Shown here: positions 10,496 to 20,592 of the stretch, one piece after another
How the letters are laid out: the number at the start of each line of letters is the position of its first letter
Numbering within the stretch: position 1 is the stretch's first letter
Origin: an uncultured Mageeibacillus sp.
GTDB taxonomy: Bacteria > Bacillota > Clostridia > Saccharofermentanales > DTU023
Assembly: GCA_964346695.1 (NCBI GenBank)
Contig: CAYFVK010000002.1
Location: forward strand, 22,321-86,320
Direction: 5' to 3'
DNA length: 64,000 bases
The notes under the pieces: generated by a model
What the model was told of the DNA's origin: nothing
The model's database searches: none
The model's input: only the letters and a program-made list of their open reading frames with translations
Made by a program: the position numbers and the translations under genes

Positions 10496-11953
10496 ATGAA
10501 TTTTAATATTGTTCGACGCAAGATCAGCAAATTATTATTGTTGGAGTCAGCGGTGATGCTTGTTCCGCTCATTGTCGGTTTGCTTTATCGAGAGTCTTTC
10601 CGCATTCTCGGCAGCTTCCTCATCACGATGGCGATTATTCTTCTATTCAGCTTTTTAATTGGTATGAAGTCCGAAAGAAAAGAAACCCTGCATACCAAGG
10701 AAGGCATGGTTATTGTCTCGCTAACCTGGATTTTGTGGTCTGTTTTCGGCGCTTTGCCCTTTGTGTTTGCCGGAGAGATTCCCGGCTTTGTCGATGCTTT
10801 TTTTGAAATGTGTAGCGGATTTACGACTACCGGTGCCACCATTTTGAAAGATGTTGAAATAATGAGTCGCGCTCATCTTTTTTGGCGTTCGTTTACCCAT
10901 CTGATCGGCGGTATGGGTGTATTGGTTTTTGCGCTGGCGGTCTTTCCCAAAGGTTCTTCTGAATCTGTCTATTTGATGCGGGCTGAAGTGCCGGGACCGA
11001 TTTTTGACAAGTTGGTTTCAAGGATTCGCAATACAGCCATGATCTTATATGAAATTTATCTGGTGATGACAGCGATTACGATCGTATTGCTGCTCTTTGG
11101 CGGAATGGATTTATTTGATGCTTCCTGTCATGCTTTCGGCATCGCCGGAACCGGCGGTTTCAGCACCTACAATGCCAGTATGGCTCATTTTCACAGCCCT
11201 TATATCGAATGGGTTTCCGCTCTGATGATGATGTTCTTCGGAATGAATTTTAATCTCTTTTATCTGATTGTTGCCGGCCATTTTGTAGAGGCGATTAAAA
11301 ATGAGGAGTTAAAGATTTACCTGTCTATCATTGGCGTGACAACCGCTTTGGTAATGCTGATCAATGCTTTCAATGAAAATTATACCTTCCTTGAAAATCT
11401 CAGACATAGCTATTTCGCAATTGTTTCTCTGATGACAACATCGGGATTTGTTGCGGAAGATTTTTCCAAATGGGGGCTGGGCACAGCGGTCATCTTTATG
11501 TTTGTTATGTTTGTCGGCGGTATGGCGGGTTCGACCGGCGGCGGCATTAAAGTTGCCCGGGTCGGGGTTCTTGGTAAAACTGCGAAATCCGAGCTGAAGT
11601 CAATAAAAAACCCGCGCCGGATCGGAGTTCTGTCTTTTAACGGCAAACCGATTGATGAGAAACAGGTTACGAAAATCCGTAATTACTTTATTATCTATAT
11701 GATTTGTGTGATCGTGATTTTCTTTTTGATTTCCTTAGAAGATAATCTCGATTTTCGGACAGCCTTTTCATCAACGATGACGACTTTTAATAATATCGGA
11801 GCCGGCTTTGCGACAGGTACACCCGGCGCAAATATGGCGGATTTTTCCGTTTTTTCAAAAATTCTTCTGAGCTTCGCGATGATCGCCGGCAGATTGGAAA
11901 TTTATCCGCTCTTAATCTTGTTCACACCCAGCACTTATTCACTGCGCAGCTAA
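10496..11953 (+). CDS. trkH: Trk/Ktr-family potassium transporter membrane subunit TrkH
   Basis: Repeated selectivity-filter-like motifs CSGFTTTGAT, GIAGTGGFST, MTTSGFV and NNIGAGF, with about 10 TM helices. Confidence 0.85.
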   Translation: MNFNIVRRKISKLLLLESAVMLVPLIVGLLYRESFRILGSFLITMAIILLFSFLIGMKSERKETLHTKEGMVIVSLTWILWSVFGALPFVFAGEIPGFVDAFFEMCSGFTTTGATILKDVEIMSRAHLFWRSFTHLIGGMGVLVFALAVFPKGSSESVYLMRAEVPGPIFDKLVSRIRNTAMILYEIYLVMTAITIVLLLFGGMDLFDASCHAFGIAGTGGFSTYNASMAHFHSPYIEWVSALMMMFFGMNFNLFYLIVAGHFVEAIKNEELKIYLSIIGVTTALVMLINAFNENYTFLENLRHSYFAIVSLMTTSGFVAEDFSKWGLGTAVIFMFVMFVGGMAGSTGGGIKVARVGVLGKTAKSELKSIKNPRRIGVLSFNGKPIDEKQVTKIRNYFIIYMICVIVIFFLISLEDNLDFRTAFSSTMTTFNNIGAGFATGTPGANMADFSVFSKILLSFAMIAGRLEIYPLLILFTPSTYSLRS

Positions 11954-12034
11954 GACGGTTTGGACGGTTTTGCCTAAAGCATCTGCCTTGACTGCCTTGA
12001 AGCTGAAGCTGAAATAACTATTTGTGATCCTCAT

Positions 12035-13156
12035 TTATGATTGTAATAAATCGCAATTCTGAGAGGAAATGCTATAACTGGCGATCAATTGACCGGTCAG
12101 CTGATCGCTGAGCGACTGCAATGCCTGATCCCTCCGCTCAAAACTTTTATAAAAAGCGTATAATGTCGGTCCGCTGCCGGTAAAACCGACAAAACAGGCG
12201 CCGGAATGAAATAATTTTTCTCGTGCAGCGATCAGCTGAGGATAGGTATCGAGAATATAATCTGTAAAATCATTATGCCATTTCGCTTTTTCCGGACAAT
12301 CCGTCATTTTTTGATTATACATTTTGATCTTCGCTTGAACCGAGTTATCAGACCGCTCCGCAGCATTGTGATCTTTGGCATTTAAAGCGGCAAAGGCCTC
12401 TCTGGTATAGATCGGCAGTCCGGGATTATAAAGCAATAAAGGTTGATTTTCAAAATCATTTAAAGGGGTAATCAGCTCCCCTTTGCCCTGACAAATTGCC
12501 GTTCCGCCATGCAGACAGAAGGGTACGTCGGCGCCGAGTTCCTCCGCTAAAGGCAAGAGATCCGCGAAATCAATCCGGCCTTTTTGTTTCCTTCCGTTTT
12601 TGCTTTTGAAAATCCGCCGTGCGAGATGGTTATTATAAAGACGGGCTAAACCGGCCAGAACACCTGCGGCATCTGTGCTGCCGCCTGCCAAACCGGCGGC
12701 GAGCGGAATATTTTTTTGCAGCTGTATGATGACTTTAGCTGTCAATTGAAATTTATCTAAAAAGAGCTTAGCTGCCCGATAAGCGATATTATCTTCGATC
12801 TGATCCCCGATCAGGATATTTGAGGATAATTTGATTTCTGATTTTTCTGCCGGAGCGATTGAAATTTTTAGAAGATCAGACAGGGCAATACTTTGCATGA
12901 CCGTTTCCAGTTCGTGAAAACCATCTTTTCTCTTGCCTAAGATTTTCAAATTCAAATTGATTTTAGCTGCGGCTCTGATCTTCAGTTCGGCTCCAATTTT
13001 CCCCTTTTCGAGCAATGGATACAAAGACTCATCGACCTGACGGCTGAGCAAAGTGGGGGGAAGTTGATTGGCCTGAGCTGATCCCGGAGTTTCGAGAGCA
13101 GAAAATACAATAAATGGCTGTTCCCTGTTAGCTGAAATATTCTGAATCCTTTTCAA
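12035..13156 (-). CDS. ispE: 4-diphosphocytidyl-2-C-methyl-D-erythritol kinase; start codon uncertain
   Basis: AAAKINLNLKILGKRKDGFHELETVMQ, the GHMP motif PLAAGLAGGSTDAAG, and ELGADVPFCL. The ORF-track start is TTG, and no ATG occurs in the first ~85 codons. Confidence 0.8.
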   Translation of the reverse strand: MKRIQNISANREQPFIVFSALETPGSAQANQLPPTLLSRQVDESLYPLLEKGKIGAELKIRAAAKINLNLKILGKRKDGFHELETVMQSIALSDLLKISIAPAEKSEIKLSSNILIGDQIEDNIAYRAAKLFLDKFQLTAKVIIQLQKNIPLAAGLAGGSTDAAGVLAGLARLYNNHLARRIFKSKNGRKQKGRIDFADLLPLAEELGADVPFCLHGGTAICQGKGELITPLNDFENQPLLLYNPGLPIYTREAFAALNAKDHNAAERSDNSVQAKIKMYNQKMTDCPEKAKWHNDFTDYILDTYPQLIAAREKLFHSGACFVGFTGSGPTLYAFYKSFERRDQALQSLSDQLTGQLIASYSISSQNCDLLQS

Positions 13157-14096
13157 AACCTTCTCCTAATACTTCTCTGGCATCGGTCACAATGATAAAT
13201 GCGGCCGGATCAATCAATTTGACAAATTCCTTGAGCTTGGGAACTTGCCTGGCGGAGAGTACGCAGAACAGCATATCCCGCTCCGTATTGCTGTACATGC
13301 CTCTGGCTTTTAAGCCGGTCGCGCCGCGATCCAGCGTTTCAAATATTTGAGCGGAAATCTCATCTTGTTTATCGGAAATAATATAGGCGACCTTGCTGAC
13401 CTGCAAACCTTCCAGTGCAATATCCGTGAATCTGCCGGTCAAATACATGGCGATAAAGGAATACATGGTAATAACCAATACATTCGGTTGAATTTTGAAG
13501 TAAAAAAACAAACTGGAGGAGACAATTCCGACATCGATCATCAAAATGACCCTGCCGATAGACAGGTTCGGAAAACGGCGATGTACGATGACCGCGATAA
13601 TATCCGTGCCGCCTGTCGTATAGCCGCCGCGCAGGATGAGACCTGTTGAAAGACCGAACAGAATACCGCCGAAAAGACAGAAAATTAACGGATCCGGCGT
13701 TTGACCGTGAATCGGGTTGTTAAAGTATTTGTCGAACCATTGCGCCATCGGTTTTTCGGTAATAGCGATGCAGAGAGAATATAGCGTGGAACCGATAATG
13801 CTCTTATAAACAAATTTCCAGCCGATGCGAATCCAGGCCCATAGCAGAAGAGGAACGTTCAAAATGGCGATGATCACACCTAAAGGCAGAAAATCACCCT
13901 GGCCGGTCAACTGATAAATGATTGAGCCGACACCGGAAAGGCCGCCCATCGTCAGCATTGACGGCGTAAAGAAAACATTGATTGAAAATGCGGCGACAAA
14001 AGAGCCGAATACTAAAAAACAGATTGAGCGAATGCTTCTCGCCATTTTAGCTTTTTTGCTCAAATTGGACAAAAAATCGACCATAACCCACTCCAT
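13128..14096 (-). CDS. YitT-family membrane protein (DUF2179 C-terminal domain)
   Basis: Five or six TM helices with a GGYTTGGTDI motif, then a soluble C-terminal domain (VAYIISDKQDEISAQIFETLDRGATGL...FIIVTDAREVLGEGF). Confidence 0.75.
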   Translation of the reverse strand: MEWVMVDFLSNLSKKAKMARSIRSICFLVFGSFVAAFSINVFFTPSMLTMGGLSGVGSIIYQLTGQGDFLPLGVIIAILNVPLLLWAWIRIGWKFVYKSIIGSTLYSLCIAITEKPMAQWFDKYFNNPIHGQTPDPLIFCLFGGILFGLSTGLILRGGYTTGGTDIIAVIVHRRFPNLSIGRVILMIDVGIVSSSLFFYFKIQPNVLVITMYSFIAMYLTGRFTDIALEGLQVSKVAYIISDKQDEISAQIFETLDRGATGLKARGMYSNTERDMLFCVLSARQVPKLKEFVKLIDPAAFIIVTDAREVLGEGFEKDSEYFS

Positions 14097-14447
14097 GATT
14101 CAAAGAAATTTTATGCATTTTCTGTATAATTGAATTTTATCATATCATAAGTACATCTTGTGAACTATATTTTTTTGTAAAAGAATTTTTAAGCGTGAAT
14201 GGCAAGCAAAAGTAATAAGGATGACACTTAATTCAAGGCCTGCGGATTTGTTTTATATAACAATAAGTTTCCGGACAATATGGAATCGGACAGAATGCGC
14301 TTATGCTATGATAAACGTAATAATTTGATCTGGACCGATCGCGAAGCCAAGAAATCCTGAAATCATTTGGGGAAAATGTTTGAAGATTGCAGCTATGGTA
14401 AGGCACAAGTCAATTGCGGAGAAAGGGACTAATTAAGAGGGGGCAGT

Positions 14448-15593
14448 ATGAAACTGAATAAAGCAGACAGGATCATTCTAATTCCGGATTCCTTTAAAGG
14501 TACGATGTCATCATCTGAAATCTGTGAAATCATGCGCAAATCAATCAAAAAGTTTTTGCCAAATTTAGCGGATGAAAAAATTTCCGCGATCCCTATCGCG
14601 GACGGCGGTGAAGGTACGGTAGAGGCTTTGCTGCAGGGTATCGGAGGGGAAAGAATAGAATTGGCGGTGCAAGACCCCCTGGGCCGGCAAATTAAAAGTT
14701 ATTATGCGATCCTGGATAACGATGTGGTAGCCATTGAGATGTCGGCGGCCGCGGGACTTCCCTTACTTGATCATCTGGCGGTCATGGACGCCTCCACTTA
14801 TGGTGTGGGCGAGTTGATCAAAGACGCTTTGGACAAAGGTTATCGTAATTTTATTATCGGACTCGGCGGCAGCGCGACAAATGATGGCGGAGCCGGAGCT
14901 TGTGCCGCCTTAGGTATCGAATTTATCAATCAAGCCGGAGAGAGCTTTGTCCCGGTCGGAAAAACACTAAAAGATATTGAACAGATTAATTTAGACAATA
15001 TTCATCCCGCGATCAAAGAAGCGAACATCAGATTGATGTGTGACGTGACCAATCCTTTATGCGGAAACTCCGGAGCGGCGGCCGTTTTCGGTCCGCAAAA
15101 GGGAGCCGGCGAGAAGGAGATCGCTTTGCTCGATGCAGGTCTTTATCATTTTGCCGAAGTGATTAAACAAGATCTGGGGATTGAGATTTTAGACATTCCC
15201 GGATCCGGCGCGGCAGGCGGAATGGGCGGCGGTCTTTACGCTCTGCTTGGCGGTAAACTTGAAGCAGGCATTGAAATACTGCTCGATACGGTCAGTTTTG
15301 ATGATTTGCTGCAGGATGCCGGGCTGGTCTTTACCGGCGAAGGCAGGCTTGACGCTCAATCTTTAAGCGGCAAAGTGGTTGTGGGTATTGCCCGCAGAGC
15401 CAAAAAACACAATGTTCCGGTCATCGCTGTGGTGGGCGATATCGCTGATCGGATTGAAGATGTTTATGAGGTCGGAGTTTCGGCTGTATATAGCATCAAT
15501 CGGGTCGCGATCCCTTATCAGGAAGCCAAAAAACGTGCGGCGGCAGATCTTGCCTTAAGCATGGATGATCTCATGCGTATACTTTCTCTTTAA
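14448..15593 (+). CDS. Glycerate kinase
   Basis: IPDSFKGTMSSSE, ADGGEGTVEAL, GLGGSATNDGGAG and TGEGRLDAQSLSGK are typical of the glycerate kinase family. Confidence 0.85.
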   Translation: MKLNKADRIILIPDSFKGTMSSSEICEIMRKSIKKFLPNLADEKISAIPIADGGEGTVEALLQGIGGERIELAVQDPLGRQIKSYYAILDNDVVAIEMSAAAGLPLLDHLAVMDASTYGVGELIKDALDKGYRNFIIGLGGSATNDGGAGACAALGIEFINQAGESFVPVGKTLKDIEQINLDNIHPAIKEANIRLMCDVTNPLCGNSGAAAVFGPQKGAGEKEIALLDAGLYHFAEVIKQDLGIEILDIPGSGAAGGMGGGLYALLGGKLEAGIEILLDTVSFDDLLQDAGLVFTGEGRLDAQSLSGKVVVGIARRAKKHNVPVIAVVGDIADRIEDVYEVGVSAVYSINRVAIPYQEAKKRAAADLALSMDDLMRILSL

Positions 15594-15809
15594 AAATTTA
15601 TCTCTATCTCAGGAAAAAACGATTTTAGAGCGGAGCGGAACTTCTAAATCGTGAAAATTGTAGTCAGATTAATTGATTTGCAACATTTTCTTGGCGTTTT
15701 TGTCAGTTTTAATTATTCATCAAAGTGGTATAATTATAAAAATTCCTTATTTTATATTGGTCAAATATGACATAAGGATATAAAAAATCCGAACTTTGGA
15801 GGAGTAACT

Positions 15810-16982
15810 ATGAAAAAGAAAGTATTAAGTATTCTATTAGTCTGTTTCATGCTCTTCTCACTCGTGGCTTGTGGCAATTCAAATAATTCCGAAACAAGTA
15901 AAGGTGAGGAAGCGACAAGCGGAGACACCATTAAGATCGGCGAGATCGGGCCGCAAACCGGTGAAGTTGCGGTATATGGTTTAACTACTTTACAGGGAAT
16001 TGAATTGGCCATTAAAGAGATTAATGCAGCCGGAGGTGTTTTGGATAAAAAACTGGAACTTATTGCGGAAGATGATAAAGCTGATCCGTCAGAAGCTGTG
16101 ACAGTTTATAATCGCTTAAAAAATGAAAATGTTGCTGCAATTATCGGCTCTATTACCTCGAAGCCGACGGACGCCGTTGCTACCAATTCGACAGAAGACG
16201 GCATTCCGATCATTACCCCGACAGGAACGATGGCGGCTATCACGGAAGGTAAAGAGAATGTTTTCCGCACTTGCTATATCGATCCTTATCAGGGCAAGGT
16301 TCTGGCAGCTTTTGCGGCTGATAAATTAGGCGTCAAAACCGCGGCGGTCGTAAGAAATACGTCTGACGACTATTCGAACGGCGTTGCTGACGCTTTTATC
16401 GCAAAGGCCAAGGAATTAGGCATCGAAATCGTGGCGGATGAAGGTTATGGCGCGAATGACGTTGATTTCTCCGCTCAATTAACCAATATTTCACAAAAAA
16501 ATCCTGAGCTGCTGTTAGTTCCGGAATATTATGAAAAAGATCTTTTGATCGCCAAACAGGTAAAGGATTTGGGTATGGACGTGCAGATCATCGGTCCTGA
16601 CGGCTGGGACGGCGTTCTGGATATCGTCAATGAAGATTCGCTGAACTGTCTCGAAGGCGTTTATTTTGCGAATCACTATGCGATCGACGACAAGTCTGAA
16701 ATCGTACAAAATTTTGTGAAAAACTATCATGATGAATATGATGCGAATCCGTCCGCTTTCGCCGCTTTGGGCTACGATACGGTTTATCTTCTGAAAGCCG
16801 CCTGGGAAAAGGCCGGAACGACAGATTATGCTGCGACGATCGCGGCTTTAAAGGATATTGATGTTCAAGGTGTTACCGGTAATCTGACTTTTGGTGAGAA
16901 TAACAATCCGATTAAGACATCCTCAATCATCGTTATTGAAAATGGCGCTTATAAATTCTATGATAGTATTGCGGTTGAATAA
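15810..16982 (+). CDS. Branched-chain amino-acid ABC transporter substrate-binding lipoprotein (LivJ/LivK-like)
   Basis: Signal peptide with lipobox LVAC-G, then IKIGEIGPQTGEVAVYG, typical of the Leu/Ile/Val-binding family. It is the first gene of a livHMGF-type operon. Confidence 0.85.
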   Translation: MKKKVLSILLVCFMLFSLVACGNSNNSETSKGEEATSGDTIKIGEIGPQTGEVAVYGLTTLQGIELAIKEINAAGGVLDKKLELIAEDDKADPSEAVTVYNRLKNENVAAIIGSITSKPTDAVATNSTEDGIPIITPTGTMAAITEGKENVFRTCYIDPYQGKVLAAFAADKLGVKTAAVVRNTSDDYSNGVADAFIAKAKELGIEIVADEGYGANDVDFSAQLTNISQKNPELLLVPEYYEKDLLIAKQVKDLGMDVQIIGPDGWDGVLDIVNEDSLNCLEGVYFANHYAIDDKSEIVQNFVKNYHDEYDANPSAFAALGYDTVYLLKAAWEKAGTTDYAATIAALKDIDVQGVTGNLTFGENNNPIKTSSIIVIENGAYKFYDSIAVE

Positions 16983-17067
16983 TTAATAATTAGATTACAG
17001 CCAATAAATTACATAAAATTTACAAGAAATCTTTAATATAATTAATTTAACCTATTATCATTCAATA

Positions 17068-17095
17068 TTAGTAGCAGGTTTATACCTGCTACTAA
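17068..17095 (+). terminator. Perfect 12-bp hairpin between the binding-protein gene and the permease genes (attenuator or mRNA-stabilising hairpin)
   Basis: TTAGTAGCAGGT-ttat-ACCTGCTACTAA. No clean U-run follows, so it is probably a partial terminator or a processing barrier. Confidence 0.4.
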
Positions 17096-17119
17096 AACTA
17101 TTATTAGGGGAGCGTCGAT

Positions 17120-18007
17120 TTGAACTTTATACTTCAATTATTAAACGGACTGCAAATCGGTTCAATTTATGCTCTGGTGGCACTCGGATATACGATGGTA
17201 TACGGGATCGCCTTGTTGATTAATTTTGCTCACGGTGAGATTATAATGATCGGCGCCTATACCACGGTGTTTACGATTCAACTGCTTTTGGCAAATTCGG
17301 ATTTGCCCTATATTCTTGCCATTATTCCCACCATTATCATCTGTACGCTGGTCGGCATACTGATTGAGCGTCTGGCTTACAAGCCGCTCCGCAACAGTCC
17401 CCGTATTTCCAATTTAATTACAGCAATCGGTGTTTCATTATTATTGCAGAATTTGATGATGAAAATTTTTGGCGCACAGCCAAGATCCGTACCTAAAATT
17501 TTTGACGCGAAGCCATTAAACTTTTTTGGTGCCAACATCGCTGTGACAACAGTCGTAACGATTATTGTGACGACTGTTTTGACCATTTCATTACATTTCT
17601 TTATTAAAAAGACAAAATATGGCAAAGCGATGGTAGCGACCAGCGAAGATTATGGCGCGGCCGCTTTGGTCGGAATCAATGTCAACAGTACGCTGACTAT
17701 GACTTTCGCGATCGGATCCGCTTTGGCAGGTGTCGCGTCGATTCTTTATGTTTCTTCCTATCCGCAGGCGCAGCCTCTGATGGGTTCCATGCTCGGCATC
17801 AAAGCATTTACGGCGGCTGTTGTGGGAGGTATCGGCTTAATTCCCGGAGCAGTGCTGGGCGGTCTTGTTTTAGGAATTGTCGAAGTTTTGACCAAAGCCT
17901 ATATTTCAAGTCGTTTGACAGACGCGATCGTCTTCGGCTTACTGATTTTGGTCTTGTTGATTAAACCGGGCGGATTGCTCGGTGAGGATCGCAAAGAGAA
18001 AGTGTAG
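17120..18007 (+). CDS. livH: Branched-chain amino-acid ABC permease LivH
   Basis: LLNGLQIGSIYALVALGYTMVYG...INFAHGE is the typical LivH N-terminus. About 8 TM helices. TTG start. Confidence 0.85.
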   Translation: MNFILQLLNGLQIGSIYALVALGYTMVYGIALLINFAHGEIIMIGAYTTVFTIQLLLANSDLPYILAIIPTIIICTLVGILIERLAYKPLRNSPRISNLITAIGVSLLLQNLMMKIFGAQPRSVPKIFDAKPLNFFGANIAVTTVVTIIVTTVLTISLHFFIKKTKYGKAMVATSEDYGAAALVGINVNSTLTMTFAIGSALAGVASILYVSSYPQAQPLMGSMLGIKAFTAAVVGGIGLIPGAVLGGLVLGIVEVLTKAYISSRLTDAIVFGLLILVLLIKPGGLLGEDRKEKV

Positions 18008-18014
18008 GTTATCT

Positions 18015-19001
18015 ATGCCACGAGAAAAAAGAATTATTTATTTGATTAATCTCGGCTTGCTGATCGTTCTCTTTGCCCTGTTGACCATTCTGGAAGCCGC
18101 CGGTGTCTTTACCGGTTATTCTATGTCGGTCTTGCGTCTGGTCTGTATCAATGTGATTCTGGCAACCAGCCTTAATATCACAGTGGGCAACTTAGGCCAG
18201 ATTACTTTGGGCCATGCCGGTTTTATGTCGATCGGGGCTTATACAGCGGCCTTATTCGCGAAATCTTTTAATCCCGGGGCGACGATCGGCGGTTATTTTA
18301 TCGGCTTATTGCTGGCCGGCATTTGCGCCGCGATTTTCGGCGTTGCGATCGGTATTCCGGTTCTCCGTCTGAAAGGCGATTATTTGGCCATCGTCACTTT
18401 GGCATTCGGCGAAATTATCCGGGTATTGATCGAGTATTTTGATTTTACGGGCGGAGCGCAGGGCTTAAACGGGATTCCCAGAATGCAGAATTTCAGCATT
18501 ATGTTTCTCATCGCCGTCGTCTGCATTACCTTGATGTATTCAGTGATGACTTCAAGGCACGGCAGGGCGGTTCTTGCGATTCGTGAAGATGAGATCGCGG
18601 CTCAGAGTTCCGGTATCAACGTCACCTATTATAAAACTTTCGCTTTTACTTTATCCTCTTTCTTTGCCGGCATAGCCGGCGCTATGCACGCTCATAATAT
18701 CGGCACGATCGGAGCCGGTGATTTCGGTTACAACCGATCCTTTGACATTCTGGTCATGGTTGTTCTGGGCGGCATGGGTTCCTTTACCGGGGCAATTTTG
18801 GCGACGACAGTCCTGACCATCGTGCCGGAATTGTTAAGAGGATTTGCTGATTATCGCATGATCATTTATTCTTTATTATTAATCATCATCATGATTTTCA
18901 GACCGGAAGGACTTTTAGGCAGAAAAGAATTTCAGATCAGCAAAGTATTGGACTGGTTTAAAAACAGATCATCCGCGAAATCGAAGAAAAGAGGTGTCTG
19001 A
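18015..19001 (+). CDS. livM: Branched-chain amino-acid ABC permease LivM
   Basis: GQITLGHAGFMSIGAYTAA motif. I prefer ATG 18015 (MPREKR...) to the overlapping ORF-track start at 17982. Confidence 0.8.
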   Translation: MPREKRIIYLINLGLLIVLFALLTILEAAGVFTGYSMSVLRLVCINVILATSLNITVGNLGQITLGHAGFMSIGAYTAALFAKSFNPGATIGGYFIGLLLAGICAAIFGVAIGIPVLRLKGDYLAIVTLAFGEIIRVLIEYFDFTGGAQGLNGIPRMQNFSIMFLIAVVCITLMYSVMTSRHGRAVLAIREDEIAAQSSGINVTYYKTFAFTLSSFFAGIAGAMHAHNIGTIGAGDFGYNRSFDILVMVVLGGMGSFTGAILATTVLTIVPELLRGFADYRMIIYSLLLIIIMIFRPEGLLGRKEFQISKVLDWFKNRSSAKSKKRGV

Positions 19002-19780
19002 TGGCAAAACATGTATTATCCTGTGAAAATGTCGGAATCTCTTTTGGCGGATTGAAGGCGGTTCATAATTTCAATTTGACAATTGATGAGGGAGAATTGA
19101 TCGGTTTGATCGGTCCGAACGGAGCCGGCAAAACAACGGTCTTCAACTTGATCACAGGCGTTTACACGCCGACAGAAGGACAAATTAAGCTCGCCGGCAT
19201 CCCGATTAACGGGCAAAAGCCGCATCAGATTGTGAAGCAGGGCATTGCCAGAACATTTCAGAATATTCGCCTGTTTGATCATTTAACTGTTCTGGAAAAT
19301 CTCAAAGTTGCTCAGAATAAGGATATGAACTATTCCATTTTCAGCGGTATGTTCCGTTTGGGCCGCTACTGGAAAGAAGAGGCGGAGGAAACGGATAAGG
19401 CCATTGAGATATTGGATATTTTCGATATGGCAAAATTCGCCTATCACAGAGCTGCCTCGCTGCCTTACGGCGCGCAGCGCAAGCTGGAAATCGCCAGAGC
19501 GATGGCTACGAAGCCCAAACTGCTGTTACTTGACGAGCCGGCAGCAGGCATGAACCCGACCGAAACAGATGAATTAATGGATACGATTATGAATATCCGC
19601 AATGAATTCGGCATCACAACCTTATTAATCGAACATGATATGCGGCTTGTTTTAGGTATCTGCGAACGCTTAACTGTCCTTAATTACGGAGAAATTCTGG
19701 CGGAAGGCAATCCTCATACTATCATCAATGACGCCAAAGTTATCGAAGCGTATCTCGGAAAGGGTAAACAGAAATCCTGA
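19001..19780 (+). CDS. livG: Branched-chain amino-acid ABC ATP-binding protein LivG
   Basis: Walker A GPNGAGKTT, LPYGAQRKLEIARA, Walker B LLLLDEPAAG and the C-terminal VIEAYLG. The ATG overlaps the livM stop (ATGA). Confidence 0.9.
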   Translation: MAKHVLSCENVGISFGGLKAVHNFNLTIDEGELIGLIGPNGAGKTTVFNLITGVYTPTEGQIKLAGIPINGQKPHQIVKQGIARTFQNIRLFDHLTVLENLKVAQNKDMNYSIFSGMFRLGRYWKEEAEETDKAIEILDIFDMAKFAYHRAASLPYGAQRKLEIARAMATKPKLLLLDEPAAGMNPTETDELMDTIMNIRNEFGITTLLIEHDMRLVLGICERLTVLNYGEILAEGNPHTIINDAKVIEAYLGKGKQKS

Positions 19781-19864
19781 AGATCGGATTAAAAAATCAC
19801 TTTTTTAAGCGCAATCCGCTGCCCACGAATGAGGATTCTGCTCGATTGCAAAAAGGAGAAAAGG

Positions 19865-20575
19865 ATGCTTTTAGAAGTAAAAAATCTAAATGTTTATTAT
19901 GATAATATTCATGCCATCAAAGATTTGAGCGTTGAAGTAGACGAGGGTGAAACGGTTTGCCTGATCGGAGCGAACGGAGCCGGTAAAACAACCACTTTAC
20001 AAAGCATTTCCGGTTTAATTCCGATTCGTTCCGGCGAGGTGTTATTTCGTGGTCATAAAATTCAAAAGGGCAAACCTCATCTGATTACCAAGTCCGGCAT
20101 CGCACAAGTACCGGAAGGCAGACGTGTATTCACCAATCTCAGCGTTCTCGATAATCTGCGTCTCGGTTCCTATGCGGTTAAGGATTCCGTGCAAAATAAA
20201 CAAAAAGAGATAGAACGCATTTATGAACGTTTCCCGATTCTCAAAGAGCGTTCCGAGCAAAGAGCAGGAACTTTGTCCGGCGGGGAACAGCAGATGCTGG
20301 CCATCGGCAGAGCCTTGATGAGCCGGCCTTCCTTGTTGCTGCTGGATGAGCCCTCTATGGGTTTGTCGCCCATTTATGTGGAGAAGATTTTTGATGTTAT
20401 CAGCAAGCTGCATCAAGACGGCGTGACCATTTTGCTGGTTGAGCAAAACGCCAGTATCGCGCTGGATATAGCAGACAGGGCTTATGTTCTGGAAACCGGT
20501 AAAATCGTTAAAGAGGGGTCTGCCAAAGAATTATTAAATGACCCTGATGTTAAAGCGGCGTATCTGGGCGCCTGA
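19865..20575 (+). CDS. livF: Branched-chain amino-acid ABC ATP-binding protein LivF
   Basis: GANGAGKTT, LSGGEQQMLAIGRAL, LLLLDEPSMGL and the C-terminal VKAAYLGA. ATG 19865 follows an AAGGAG RBS. The ORF-track start at 19829 is probably too far upstream. Confidence 0.9.
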   Translation: MLLEVKNLNVYYDNIHAIKDLSVEVDEGETVCLIGANGAGKTTTLQSISGLIPIRSGEVLFRGHKIQKGKPHLITKSGIAQVPEGRRVFTNLSVLDNLRLGSYAVKDSVQNKQKEIERIYERFPILKERSEQRAGTLSGGEQQMLAIGRALMSRPSLLLLDEPSMGLSPIYVEKIFDVISKLHQDGVTILLVEQNASIALDIADRAYVLETGKIVKEGSAKELLNDPDVKAAYLGA

Positions 20576-20592
20576 TATCTCATAAAATTGTT

